38,727 nucleotides of DNA, from the NCBI RefSeq assembly GCF_006345805.1, contig NW_021835775.1, positions 1 to 38,727 on the forward strand. The letters are read 5' to 3'. Under the pieces are notes generated by a model. It did no database searches, was not told the DNA's origin, and saw only the letters and a list, made by a program, of their open reading frames with translations. Each line of letters opens with the position of its first letter. Position 1 is the first letter of the stretch. Positions 1-10,892 of the stretch are shown in pieces. A program made the translations under genes and the position numbers. The stretch comes from Octopus sinensis. Its lineage: Eukaryota.

Positions 1-360
1 ACAACGTTTGGCATCGTAAGTTAAGGACGACACGGTTGACTGAACATGTGTAGTGACAGTACCAAACAGTCAATGCTCTGAACGGTTTTTGTCAAGAATT
101 TGCAGAGAATGAACACGTGATTAAGTTTAGAACCTTTTGTACGTTTCCTGCAACGTTCATGCGTTAGTATCACGTGTCTATTTTGTGCATAAAAGGAAGA
201 CCGACATAGCTGATAAATTTAATCTTCAAACACTAGTCAGAAGCAAGACAGCTGTGATATAATCCATGTCTTCCTATTTCAACGTTTTGAAAATCAGAGT
301 AAACTGTGAAACCGGTTAAATTGTTCGTTTTCTTTCGTTTGTCCATTCACTTGCGCATTT

Positions 361-450
361 ATGTACGTATGTATGTATGTATGTATGTATGTATGCATGC
401 ATACATACAGATTATCATACACACACACACACACACATATATATATATGT
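361..450. repeat. (TATG)n/(CA)n/(TA)n compound microsatellite
   Basis: Directly visible tandem repeats. Confidence 0.95.
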
Positions 451-563
451 ATTAGAGAAAAAACCCACTATCATGCAATTCAAACAATGGTAGACATAAA
501 CCAAATAATTAAGAAAAAATAAAATATATTTTTAAACATAACTAAATCACAAAAAGTACAAAA

Positions 564-964
564 GTGGCTGTGTGGTAAGTAGCTTGTTTACCAACCACAT
601 GGTTCCGGGTTCAGTCCCACTGCGTGGAACCTTGGGCAAGTGTCTTCTACTGTAGCCTCGAGCCGACCAAAGCCTTGTGAATGGATTTGGTAGGCGGAAA
701 CTGAAAGAAGCCCGTCGTATATAGGAATATATATGTATATATATATATGTGTGCATGTATGTTTGTGTTTGTCCCCCTAGCATTGTTTGACAACCGATGC
801 TGATGTGTTTATGTCCCCGTAACTTAGCAGTTCGGCAAAAGAGACCGATAGAATAAGTACTGGGCTTACAAAGAATAAGTCCTGGGGTCGAGTTGCTCGA
901 TTAAAGGCGGTGCTCCAGCATGGCCGCAGTCAAATGACTGAAACAAGTAAAAGAGTAAAAGAGA
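564..964 (+). mobile_element. tRNA-derived CORE-type SINE (SINE-A), near full length
   Basis: A-box-like TGGCTGTGTGG, B-box-like GGTTCAGTCC, CORE-like CCTTGGGCAAGTGTCTT, internal (TA)/(TG) tract, 3' end GACTGAAACAAGTAAAAGAG. Homologous copies at 4173 and 19342. Confidence 0.85.
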
Positions 965-1231
965 TATAAAATGAACAATATATAATAAACAATATATAAT
1001 AATATAATATACTTATTATATATTGTTTATTCCTTTTTGTACTTTTTGTGATCTAGTTATATATTTTAAAATACATTTTATTTTTTATTTATGATTTGGT
1101 TTATGTCTATCATTTTTGAATTGCATAATAGTGTTTTTTCTTTAATTTATATATATATTATATATTTATATTGTGAAATTTGATTTAATACTAAATTGAA
1201 TTTTTCCCTGTAAGGTTGGTGTTATACTTCC

Positions 1232-1340
<109 letters not shown>

Positions 1341-1449
1341 GTACATGCATATACGTACACACGCACACACACACAATATTTACGATACTAAGAGAGAGAA
1401 CTGGTCTCAAAATTTCTTGCGGGACACAGGAACGTTGTTTGGTCAGGGT

Positions 1450-1570
1450 GTGTTCATATGTGACAGTTAAACGAAAACAGATTGTCGACCGAACTAGGAA
1501 TATTGGTTGCCATTGGCATCCATATTTGTTGTCCTACTGTCTCTAATATCTTAGATCTTACGAAAATATT
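1450..1570 (-). pseudogene. Degenerate Penelope-like RT fragment (GIPMG region)
   Basis: Translation NIFVR...GQQIWMPMATNIPSSVDNLFSF resembles the PLE RT motif NIFVRF..YQQ.VGIPMGTNCAP..ADLFL; heavily decayed. Confidence 0.4.
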
Positions 1571-1911
1571 ACTTATGTTGGTGCCTTGAGTAACGTACCG
1601 TAGCAAAAGAATACTTGAGCAGACTTCGAAAGGCATGTAAGTCAGACCATACTCCACATTGCTTTTGCAGTGCTAGTATGAACGTTTTGGATGCTATAGT
1701 GGACGTTCTAAGAGATCTGTAACTTGAACTTCGAGCCTAGAGAGATCCTGATAACTAATGGTACCTGCAGCATTAACAGTGATATTGATATGATTTAGAG
1801 TAAAGATATTGATGGATGAAGTATGTCGGCATTTGAGTGCTTAAATAAACTGTGTTGCATATTAAACAGTAAGGAGAGAGAAAAGAGTTCATCACGTGTA
1901 TAATGCCAACA

Positions 1912-1965
1912 GATAGTCACAGGACTCGAACCCGCACCCCTCAGATACTGACTGACTGCTAAATA
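1912..1965 (-). mobile_element. tRNA-like SINE head fragment
   Basis: Minus strand reads GGGTGCGGGTTCGAGTCCTGTGAC (B box/T arm); no complete cloverleaf. Confidence 0.45.
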
Positions 1966-2208
1966 TCGTAGCTCATTTTGTAAAATACCCAATCTTTCTG
2001 CTGTTCTCACGATTATACTGCGTTCGAATTATTACTTTCTTGTCTGTAATAATAATAATAAGAAGAATAAGAATAATCATAGATAGATAGATGTGTGTGT
2101 GTGTGTTGGGTATTACTTTAAACTGTGTCCAGTAGTTGGTGGCTGTCACGGGAGTTCTAGGGTCTTAAGAACTGTGGGACCACTCCTTAGCCACTATTAT
2201 TCACAAGT

Positions 2209-3060
2209 CTACACTGACTCGGAGTAGTAGCAATTGGAAGTCACCGAGAATAGATCCAGTACTAAATTTGGATTTTGTGGCGGTAGTTGTGTAATTTGTT
2301 GTCTATTACAGGTTTTCTTTAACTCATGGTTGATTCTTATGCGTTTGGGTTTGGTTAGTCTTATCTTATGGTTCGGGATTCTATTATCTAGGTTTTTGAT
2401 ATTGTTTATGTAGTTAGTTTTGTGTTTGGTAACATTGTTATAATAAATCGTATTATTACTTGTTGAGTTATAAGATTTATCATTTTTATTACTACTACTA
2501 CAGGCATATTGGATTTTCTTACGGTATCCAGCTTTAGCTAAGTCTGAGCTATAATAAAGTGCGTGTATGTTGAATATATTTTCATTTGTAGATAACCTGG
2601 ATATTCTAGTAGAGATGTTGTTAACGAGTCTCCTAATTATTGATGGTGGATGATTAGATTCAACGTTGATGTATTTTAGGTTCCCATTAGATTTAAGGAA
2701 CGGTTTGTGTAGACCAGTATCCAAGTCAACAGTAGTATCTAAAAAGTTGACTCTAAAGTATTCATTGATTATAGTGATGCAGAATCCATTATTTTTAAAA
2801 GACTTAAATATAGATTTTTTGTATTTTTCGTGCTGTACTTTGCTATATTTATTTAGGAAGAATAATTCGTCATCTCTGTATAGCCTACAATTCAAACCAG
2901 GAATATATATAATTATATCCGGGATATGATGTAAAATCCTACAAGGTCAGTTACTTCTGCAGAATCAAATGATCCCATAGCTATGTCAAACGCATTTGGA
3001 ATGTCACATCTATACCATAAATTATTATCAAAATCTACCAAGGTTCCTCGCGTATGTCTG
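2209..3060 (-). pseudogene. Penelope-like element RT fragment (C-terminal half of RT plus Asn-rich linker), frameshifted
   Basis: ORF 2913..3101 has FDIAMGSFDSAEVTDLVG; ORF 2209..2895 continues LYRDD, FLDTTVDL, YINVESNHPPSII and RISRLSTNE..F, typical PLE RT motifs. No GIY-YIG domain seen. Confidence 0.85.
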
Positions 3061-3072
3061 CTCAAGTATACA

Positions 3073-3106
<34 letters not shown>

Positions 3107-3199
3107 GTTAATTCAAACATGAACAAAGAGAAAAAACAACAACGCGAGGATGTGGAACAAGTATAGTGTTATTGGACGCTCAGGAAAGGAAATAAAGAA

Positions 3200-3276
3200 G
3201 TATATATATATATATATATATATATGTTTGTGTGCCTGTGTAGATAGACATATGTGTGCATGTGTGCATAATATAT

Positions 3277-3357
<81 letters not shown>
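3200..3357. repeat. (TA)n/(CA)n microsatellites just upstream of the exon
   Basis: Directly visible. Confidence 0.95.
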
Positions 3358-3359
<2 letters not shown>

Positions 3360-3389
3360 GTAAAATTTTCCTCTCTATCTTGTTTTTAG

Positions 3390-3626
3390 ATTTCAATTAC
3401 ATAGTTACGAATACAAAGACTACCAACCCAATCTGTAAGATGAATATCACATCTAAACCGAAATACGTTGTGACCACTCAATCAATGCAAGACATAACGA
3501 TACAAGAAACGAGCCAAATAGCCCAGACCATTACCGCCACAAGTTTAACTGCTAAAACCGAGGAGTTCACCTATAATTCAGCTACATCAAGTCAAGTATC
3601 AATCATCCTTCCATCCGCCACTGAAG
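3390..3626 (+). CDS. Internal exon, Ser/Thr-rich (mucin-like) linker, phase 1-1
   Basis: Acceptor tgtttttag|ATT, donor GAAG|gttagt, 237 nt open frame, about 33% S/T (26/79). Joins 5675 in frame (...SATE|DQNQ...). Confidence 0.7.
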
Positions 3627-3988
3627 GTTAGTATATAAGTTTTGATTGCTCTCATTCTTCACCTTTTGGACTTAATAAAAACCCCTGTTTCTTGTAACAA
3701 CTTCGAAATTTCATCTCTTTGACCAAGCTGTATCGGTCCAAATCGGCGGCCACTCGTGTGGATTAACAATAGTGGTGTGGAGAGGAGTGACTTGTGTACA
3801 TGCTTACATGGAAAACTGCAAGACTTCCTCAGTACGATCTCCCCCCACCACATATAGATGTATGGTCAGCCTTGACTGACGGTGGCCTTAGGGAAAGAAT
3901 GTGAACTATTGAAGAATCGGTTACTTATTCGAGGTGTTGGCGAGGTAAACAGAAGATTCTTCATTGGCTCCTATTACTTTAATGCTTA

Positions 3989-4104
3989 CAGGATGGTATA
4001 CTTCGTCCGGTGTGATTTCAATCTATTGTAACTGAGAACTAGAAGCCTTAGAAATTTAGTATTTTTAGCTAGGAAACTTAGCATTTGTTGAGAGCTCCAA
4101 CCTG
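3989..4104. mobile_element. Small Tc1/mariner-type MITE
   Basis: TA|CAGGATGG...CCAACCTG|TA: short TIR (7/8 match) and TA flanks. Confidence 0.45.
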
Positions 4105-4172
4105 TACTCATAATATAAATATAAACATACAATAAATATAAATATATACATAATATAAATATAAAAATAGAC

Positions 4173-4580
4173 GCAGGAATGGCTGTGTGGTATGTAGCTT
4201 GCTTACCAACCATATGGTTCAGGGTTCATTCCCACTGCGTGGCACATTGGGCAAGTGTCTTCTACTATAGCCTTGGGCCAACCAAAGCCTTGCCAGTGGA
4301 TTTGGTAGGCGGTAACTGAAAGGCGGTGAGCTGGCAGACACGTTAGCGCGCCGGGCGAAATGCTTAGCGGTATTTTGTCTGCCGTTACGTTCTGAGTTCA
4401 AATGCTGCCGAGGTCGACTTTGCCTTTCATCCTTTCGGGGGTCGATAAATTAAGTACCAGTTACGCACTGGGGTTGATGTAATCGACTTAATACCTATGT
4501 CTGTCCTTGTTTGTCCCCTCTGTGTTTAGCCCCTTGTGGGTAATAAAGAAATAGGTAACTGAAAGAAGCCCGTCGTATAA
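4173..4580 (+). mobile_element. SINE-A (5' portion), interrupted by SINE-B
   Basis: Aligns with 564-720 and resumes after the insert with GAAAGAAGCCCGTCGTATA. Confidence 0.85.
4321..4553 (+). mobile_element. SINE-B, full length, inserted into SINE-A with a 12-bp TSD
   Basis: Head GGCGGTGAGCTGGCAGA, core GCCTTTCATCCTTTCGGGGGTCGATAAATTAAGTACC (Meta/Sauria-like), tail ...AAAGAAATA. GGTAACTGAAAG repeated at 4311-4322 and 4554-4565. Confidence 0.9.
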
Positions 4581-4599
4581 ATATATATATATAGCTGAC

Positions 4600-5650
4600 A
4601 TGGAGGATAAAAGCCATCTGAATATTGGAAATGAGTTGTATCATGAGGATACTCACTGGATATCAAAATGTTCGACACCATGACTGATGCTCAATGCTCT
4701 GTGAACTCTATAAAGGCTGTTAGGCCCGCAAGAAGGGATACAGCAAGGGTTCTGACTGCGTCTGATCGCCGAAATTCATCCAACAACTGTAGGAAAAGGT
4801 GATGGAAGATCCAAGCCAAAGAATTCGGGCTTTGCTTATTTCAATCACCATCATGATGTTGGCCGTGATTGGAGACCTTCGCTACAACTTGTACAAGGAG
4901 TGCAAGGAACAAATTCCAACAGATAATGCCAAGAAGAACCGCTTGACGAAGTCAAAGAATCTCCCGACAAGTTGAGGTTTCATGATGAGCCGAGGATTTT
5001 GTTCTTAGATGAAAACAATTCTGCTCTGATCATTTGCACAGCACCCTGAACAATATGATGTCTCACGTATCCTGAAAACTAAGTGTCCCCGAACTGGTAT
5101 TGTCTTTGGGTGTATCTCAAGTGAGGGTGGGGGTCATGCCACCACACATCTTTGAACAGGATCTTAGGCTCAATTCAGTCGGCTAAGGGAAGCTGCTGGA
5201 GATTGTGATCAAAACATGGCTGGAGAGGGTTGTTTCTGGAAGGCCATATGTGTGGAATCAAGGTTCGGTTCCTTGCCTTGCCATACCCCCAGAAAGATTC
5301 AGAAGCGGTTGACGAAGAATTTCTACGTCTTCGCCAGCCCCAGTCTCTGACCACTTAATTTCGCTCCTTGTAATCCCATGGATTACTGTGTGTGACACGT
5401 TTGAGAAAGACACCAGCTAAGGCCGAGCTGATGGCCAAGATCATCAAGGAGGTGTCCGAACACCTTCCCAGCGACACATTGAAGAACGCATGCGTCAGGT
5501 TCCGGAGCTGTCCTGAGGCAGTGGTGCAAGATGAGGGCAGCTACTTTGAGTAATATAGTTGCTATTTATGGATTAAAAAAAATATTTTTGTCGTTGATTG
5601 TGTTTTCTTTTCCTTTCATGCAAACTACCACATTGATACCGAACATCCTG
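4600..5650 (+). mobile_element. Degenerate Tc1/mariner-superfamily transposon, maT (DD37D)-like, 3' end retained
   Basis: Remnant peptides VFGCISSEG, VMPPHIFEQDLRLNS, RPYVWNQGSVPC, APCNPMDYCV, EAVVQDEGSYFE*. Terminus ...CGAACATCCTG|TA; no matching 5' TIR found. Confidence 0.7.
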
Positions 5651-5674
5651 TAAATGCGATCCTTTATTTTTCAG

Positions 5675-5904
5675 ACCAGAATCAGTATACTTCTGCAATG
5701 ACAAGAAGATTTGAATTAAACAATGTACAGGAGAAGAAATCAGTGGTTGTTAGAAGTAGAATAGAATGTGCTGCATTTGCTCTCCGTGAAAAATCAACTT
5801 CACTCAAATACAACGAAGATAGTAAAATATGCACCATCTACGATGGAAGCAGCGGCAACAATATCCAATGTCAGGATAATAAGTGGTGTTACTCTAACAT
5901 TTAA
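5675..5904 (+). CDS. Terminal exon encoding a PAN/Apple-like domain
   Basis: Acceptor cctttatttttcag|AC (phase 1). Peptide DQNQYTSAMTRRFELNNVQEKKSVVVRSRIECAAFALREKSTSLKYNEDSKICTIYDGSSGNNIQCQDNKWCYSNI* follows the RSxIECA...YN....C.. pattern of invertebrate PAN modules, with two canonical Cys missing. Confidence 0.65.
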
Positions 5905-6048
5905 GAAGCCATTGGGATTGTTATGGTTTATATTGCAGTTAATGATATTTCACCCCAACATTAGTCGAAACATACAGTGAATTAACTTCGCCGAGGTATT
6001 CAAAAAGTTTCGCGAGCAGTAGAAATTGCTTGTGGTAATTGATGAATA

Positions 6049-6328
6049 GGATCTTTTCCTTTTGAACGGCAGTTTTCAACACAAATTCTAGTTAACTAAA
6101 CACTGTAAAACTTCGTATACTGGTAGAATGTGTCAAAATAAAACATTTTTTCTCTTGGCTTTCTTGAGAAAATTGTAATTTGTAAGTTTAACGTTGTTTA
6201 ATCTTTCGAATTTTAACCAATGAATCATCTCTATTTTATTTTGACACATTCTACCAGTATACGAAGTTTAAAAGTGTTTAGTTAACTAGAAATTGTGTTG
6301 AAAACTGCCGTTCAAAAGGAAAAGATCC
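6049..6328. mobile_element. 280-bp MITE with ~93-bp TIRs and an 8-bp TSD (Merlin- or hAT-like)
   Basis: TIR GGATCTTTTCCTTTTGAACGGCAGTTTTCAACAC... at both ends. GATGAATA duplicated at 6041-6048 and 6329-6336. GG termini plus 8-bp TSD fit Merlin, but the superfamily is unconfirmed. Confidence 0.9.
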
Positions 6329-6871
6329 GATGAATATTTTTTGAAGTCCATATTCCACAGGAGTTGGTAAATATATTGTGGCCCCTTTAATTATCTTACC
6401 TATTGCCAGGTAAGATTGAACTACTTCCCTTTCTGTACGTCAGTAATGTCTTTAAAACTTTAAATGAGTAAGTTTGCATTGTTTACTTCACCTTTAGAAA
6501 TATATTTCATATTATTGATATGATACCATGTTGTTTTTACTTCAAAGCACTGATTCGCAATTATAAAATCAAATAAACTATAAATATATAAACACTGCCG
6601 GTGAGACTTTTTAAATGACTGTATTTAATTTTTCGAAAAAGGTAGTTTAGAATCCTATCACAGTGTTTTGTCACAGTGAAAAAAACTTCGACAGAAATAT
6701 GTGAAAACTATGTAATTTCTTTTTTATTTCTAATTTTCGTTTTTCTTTTTTCTTTTTGTTTCTAGTTTTCTTTTCCTTTTTTATTTTTGTTCTTAAAAAT
6801 AAAGGAATGTTGAAACAACAATTTTTATGTTCAAACAGTAGATTTGAATGTATTCATTTTGCTTCGGCATT

Positions 6872-6873
<2 letters not shown>

Positions 6874-6932
<59 letters not shown>
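6874..6932. repeat. (AG)n microsatellite
   Basis: Directly visible. Confidence 0.97.
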
Positions 6933-6935
<3 letters not shown>

Positions 6936-7804
6936 GATAGCCAAGACTCTTGAGTTGAAACATGTACAAGAGTAAAGGAGTGAGACAAAATAAAGCTTTG
7001 TTATGTGTAAAGAGGTCATGTACTTTAACGGCTCCATATCTTATCGAGCAAAACAGAAAATGTACAAATCAAAACAAGAGAAAAATAAAGAAATGAAGTT
7101 AGTTTTTCCAGAGTAAAATTTAGTGAAAATAGTTTTATTGCACTGAAGCCGCCTCTTGCCATGCGGCAATGAACAAATGAGCTTTCATTTTATTATATTT
7201 ATTAATAATAATTAGGTATATTTATTAGCAATTACCTGACGTGGTCATGTCCATAAAACCTGTCTCTTCGTGTTTCTCACGTTCCTTGCCTTTTTACCTC
7301 CGTTTATTTTCATATACCCGTATGTAACGACAATGTTTCATCACTTACGTACCAGTTTGTTGGAATTAAATTACTGAATACCTTACGATCGACATAGTGT
7401 TTGAAGGCTGAGAAAATATATTTGTGCCATGGATTTCAGAACAGTATGAAAAAGCAAACAGCTGATAAAACTAATTTCTAATGAATGACGTGCAACGCAA
7501 TCGTGATCGAAACTTTGTTCAGCAAGTAGAAATCCAGCCAATCCCGATAACTGTAACTCGGTCATATTTTTCCTAGGAAATGTGATATAAACATTATCGA
7601 TTTTATTACAATTAACACTGGAAATTATATTAAGGCACTATGACTCTCTCCTGACTCAACAGAATGGAAATATATTTTCATTATAAAATCTTGGTTAAGG
7701 CTAAAAAAAAAAAAAAAAGAAAGAAATCAGGAAAGCTTCTTATATACACTTATAGATACTTCACCGAGTAATCTACTCTAGTTTTCTTATTAATATAATT
7801 TTGA

Positions 7805-7995
7805 TAGCAGAGTGGTTAGCACGCCGGACAAAATGCTTTACGGCATTTCGTCCGTCTTTACATTCTGAGTTCAAATTCCGCCGAGGTCGACAGTGCGTTT
7901 CATTCATTTGGGGTCGATAAAATAAGTACCAGTTGTGCACTGCAATCAATGTAATCGACTTATCCCCTCCACTGAACTTGCAGGCCTTCTACCAA
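7805..7995 (+). mobile_element. SINE-B variant with alternative tail, diverged
   Basis: TTAGCACGCCGGAC...GAGTTCAAATTCCGCCGAGGTCGAC...GGGGTCGATAAAATAAGTACCAG. Confidence 0.8.
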
Positions 7996-8039
7996 CCTTT
8001 GAATTGAATATAATTTCGTTGGCTTAAATAGATGTTCAT

Positions 8040-8230
8040 ACAGTTCGAATGTGTTCGAAGAATTGGCGATCGTGGATCTCTCACGTTGGATGACGAATAT
8101 TCAGTACTTCGAATAATCTTCCTAGGTCGGATTTGATGGGGCATATTAGGCGTATTGAAGGTTTAGTAATAATGTTCTTCTTGTGACAAGACGCACTTCG
8201 AACAACTGATTTAAATGTTCCCGAATTAAC
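8040..8230 (-). pseudogene. Penelope-like RT N-terminal remnant
   Basis: Minus-strand peptide HKKNIITKPSIRLICPIKSDLGRL resembles PLE HKPNF.NKP..RLI.P.KS.LGRIS. Confidence 0.45.
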
Positions 8231-8321
8231 ATGCAAAAAACATAATCCTTTTTTTCTACTTTAATACTGGAATTTTCGAGCTATGGGTTTTAGTTGTGAG
8301 ATGAATATGAATCACAATGTA

Positions 8322-9613
8322 CGAGGGGCGTTCAATAAGTAATGCCTCTGACCCACTTGCAGTTGTTTGATCTAGCTGAAATTTTGCATGTGCAATTATC
8401 TATATCTCTATAGATTAAGTGGTAAATTACAGCTCTGAACTAATTGTGGTTTCTGATTTACAGGTGTTTGAACTGAGTCAAGTGTGAAATGAAGCCTGTT
8501 GAGTGTCGAGCAGTGATCCGCTTTTTATATTTGAAAGGACGCACACCACGGGAGACTTTTGATGAAATGAAAGTAACTTATGGTGATGTTGCCCCATCAT
8601 ATGACCTTGTAAAACGCTGACATTGTGAATTCAAACATGGTCGGAACTCTGTGGAAACAGCTCCCAGATCTGGTCGCCCCCTACTGCTATTGATGAGGCA
8701 TCTGTCCATCAAGTTGAGGCTGCCATTTTGGAAGATCGACGCATAACTATTCGCCAAATAGCCCATGAGGTCAAGATTAGCACCGGGTCTGTAGAAACCA
8801 ATCATTCATGACCATTTGCATATGCAAAAGGTGTCTGCCAGATGGATTCCCAGGTTGCTCACACCGTTCCGGAAGCAAGAACACGTCGAGTGCTCGAGGG
8901 TGAATTTGGTGATGTGCCAAGAAGATGAGTCAACATTTTTCAAAAGACTGATTACGCAGGATGAAACCTGGGTCCATCACCCTGATCCAGAGACAAAAGC
9001 CCAGTCAATGCAGTGGAAGCACCGTGACTCACCTCCTCCAAAGAAGGCAAGGGTGCAGCCCTCCACTAGCAAGGTCATGCTCATAGTCTTCTGGTACCAG
9101 GACGGAGTAATGATGACAGATTTCCTGGCAAAGGGTACCACAATTACAGGAGCCTATTATGCTTCACTTTTGATGAAATTAAGAGAAGCTATCAAAATCA
9201 AGAGGCGGGGCAAGATCAACAAAGGCATCCTCCTCCTGCAGGACAACGCTCCGGTCCACAACTCGATGGTCGCCAGATCAGAAGCACAGGCGTGCGGCTA
9301 TGAACTCCTCCCCCATGCCCCTACTCTCTTGACCTTGCACCCTCTGATTTTCACCTCTTCCCAGCCATGAAGTTGTTTTTGAAAGGAAAGCGTTTCCCAG
9401 ATGATGCAGCCTTGATTTCTGACGTCACATCGTGGTTGGAGGACCAAGCTGGGGTCTTCTACAAAAACGGTCTCCAGAGCTGCATCAAACGATCGTAGAA
9501 ATGCGTAACTCTGGGTGGTTTCTATGTAGAAAAAGACTAATAACTGTGCCAAGTTTCGTTGCTCTACTGCTATGGGAAGTGGGTCAGGGGCATTACTTAT
9601 TGAACGCCCCTCG
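8322..9613 (+). mobile_element. Mariner (DD34D) element, full length 1292 bp
   Basis: 37-bp TIRs CGAGGGGCGTTCAATAAGTAATGCC(T/C)CTGACCCACTT with 1 mismatch; TA TSD at 8320-8321 and 9614-9615. Confidence 0.95.
8489..9540 (+). pseudogene. Mariner transposase pseudogene
   Basis: MKPVECRAVIRFL..., RSGRP, WIPRLL, TQDETW, LQDNAPVH, YSLDLAPSDFHLF; 34 residues between the 2nd and 3rd Asp. At least 2 stops and 2 frameshifts (near 8680 and 9318). Confidence 0.92.
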
Positions 9614-9959
9614 TATCTGGTGATGTCGCAATTTTTATGACTCACTATTTTGGGGGAATTCCAAGATTGGGAGATGGAAGATAGAAAGATTTTTGCCTGA
9701 CAAATCAACTTCAGTTGCTAGAGATGCAAAGATACCAATTTTCAGTATTTTAGGAATATCACATTGATTAGTATTAATTTTTCGCTTAACATCATTCTAT
9801 TAATTTATAATTGTTGCTGAATACGCAAGATTACTTGCTGAAAGTTATTTATTTCAAAGACTATAGACACCACAACCCCCCTAATTGCTATCTTACAATG
9901 AAAGAATCAGACAGCAGAAATGTAAGGTAATAGGATAATAATAAAGGAAAATACCCACC

Positions 9960-10592
9960 CCATCATAAATCACACAGTATGGTCAGGTCCATGAAAGTGA
10001 AAACAGAAAAGCTCAAATACTACGAATACAGCTTGATGAAAGCGATTCGCATATTACTTCGCCAACAAAGTAGTGCCGCTAAATTTCCTATTTTTGTGTG
10101 TGTTTATGGGGCAGTAGAGCTAAAAGAGATCGCGTAGGGACAAAAGGATAGCGAGCGCAACATTATGAAAATTTCCTTAGTAAGGCTGGAAAATATGTTG
10201 TTCCCTGCGCTTCATATCAAACTAGGCATGATGAAATAATTTGCCATAGATATTTAAATAAAGAATGTGAATATTTTTAATATATACGTGGAAAATTTCC
10301 TGCTTCAAGTCAAAAGAAATTAAAGGTAGGTATCGTTGAGAGGCCTAACATTGAGCTACTTAAAGTTGTGGAGAAAATTGCTTGAGTAGCAATCGCAGAA
10401 GCTGTGAAAACGTTTTGGGCGACAAAAAATTCCAAATCTACTATCTAATGAATGAGTTACTTTTTTTTCTTTCCAGGGTGTCATATTAATATAAAAGTGA
10501 ATTTCATCGACAGCTATTTAGATTAATTCCCTGCTAATTTAGGACCTCACAATGAAGAGCAGGGAAGGTGTTTCCAGCAAGACATGGAAGGA
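9960..10592 (+). pseudogene. DDE transposase remnant, Chapaev3-like
   Basis: Decayed motifs LLRQQ..AKFP.FLCLWGSRA, LHIKLGMMK*F, GKFP....KLKVGI, GCHINIKVNF..SYLD*FPANLG..NEEQGRCFQQDM. Family assignment is from memory of LHIKLG/EEQGERFHQD proteins. Confidence 0.65.
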
Positions 10593-10676
10593 GTTTCAAA
10601 TCACACACACAGATCTAGACAGAAAGAGACGTTCTTACATTACAATGCAGTCTTGCAGAGAGACATTTAAGATGGT

Positions 10677-10892
10677 GGAGGCACATGGTCTAGTGGTTAG
10701 AGCAGCGGACTCGCGGTCGAGAGATCGCGGGTTCGAATCTCAGACCAGGCGATGTGTGTATTTATGAGCGAAACACATAAGCTCCACGCGGCTCCGGTAG
10801 AAAGTAATGGCAAACTTCTGCTGACTCTTTTGCCACAACCTTCTCTTACTCTTTCCTCCTGCATCTTGCAGCTCACCTGCGACGGACCGGCA
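10677..10892 (+). mobile_element. tRNA(Arg)-like SINE (SINE-C)
   Basis: Head GGAGGCACATGGTCTAGTGGTTAGAGCAGCGGACTCGCGG...GGTTCGAATCTC with TCG at the anticodon position, followed by a non-tRNA body. Confidence 0.75.

Noticed and set aside
1555-1636. Upstream exon (ttag...CAT|gtaagt) for the PAN-like gene
   Set aside because: Stop codons in all three frames; overlaps an antisense PLE remnant.
3987-5652. TACAGGATG at 3987 as the left TIR of the maT remnant
   Set aside because: Only 7 nt match the right end, and it pairs better with CCTGTA at 4101-4106 as a separate mini-MITE.
10677-10750. Functional tRNA-Arg gene
   Set aside because: Poor acceptor-stem pairing and continuation into a SINE body.
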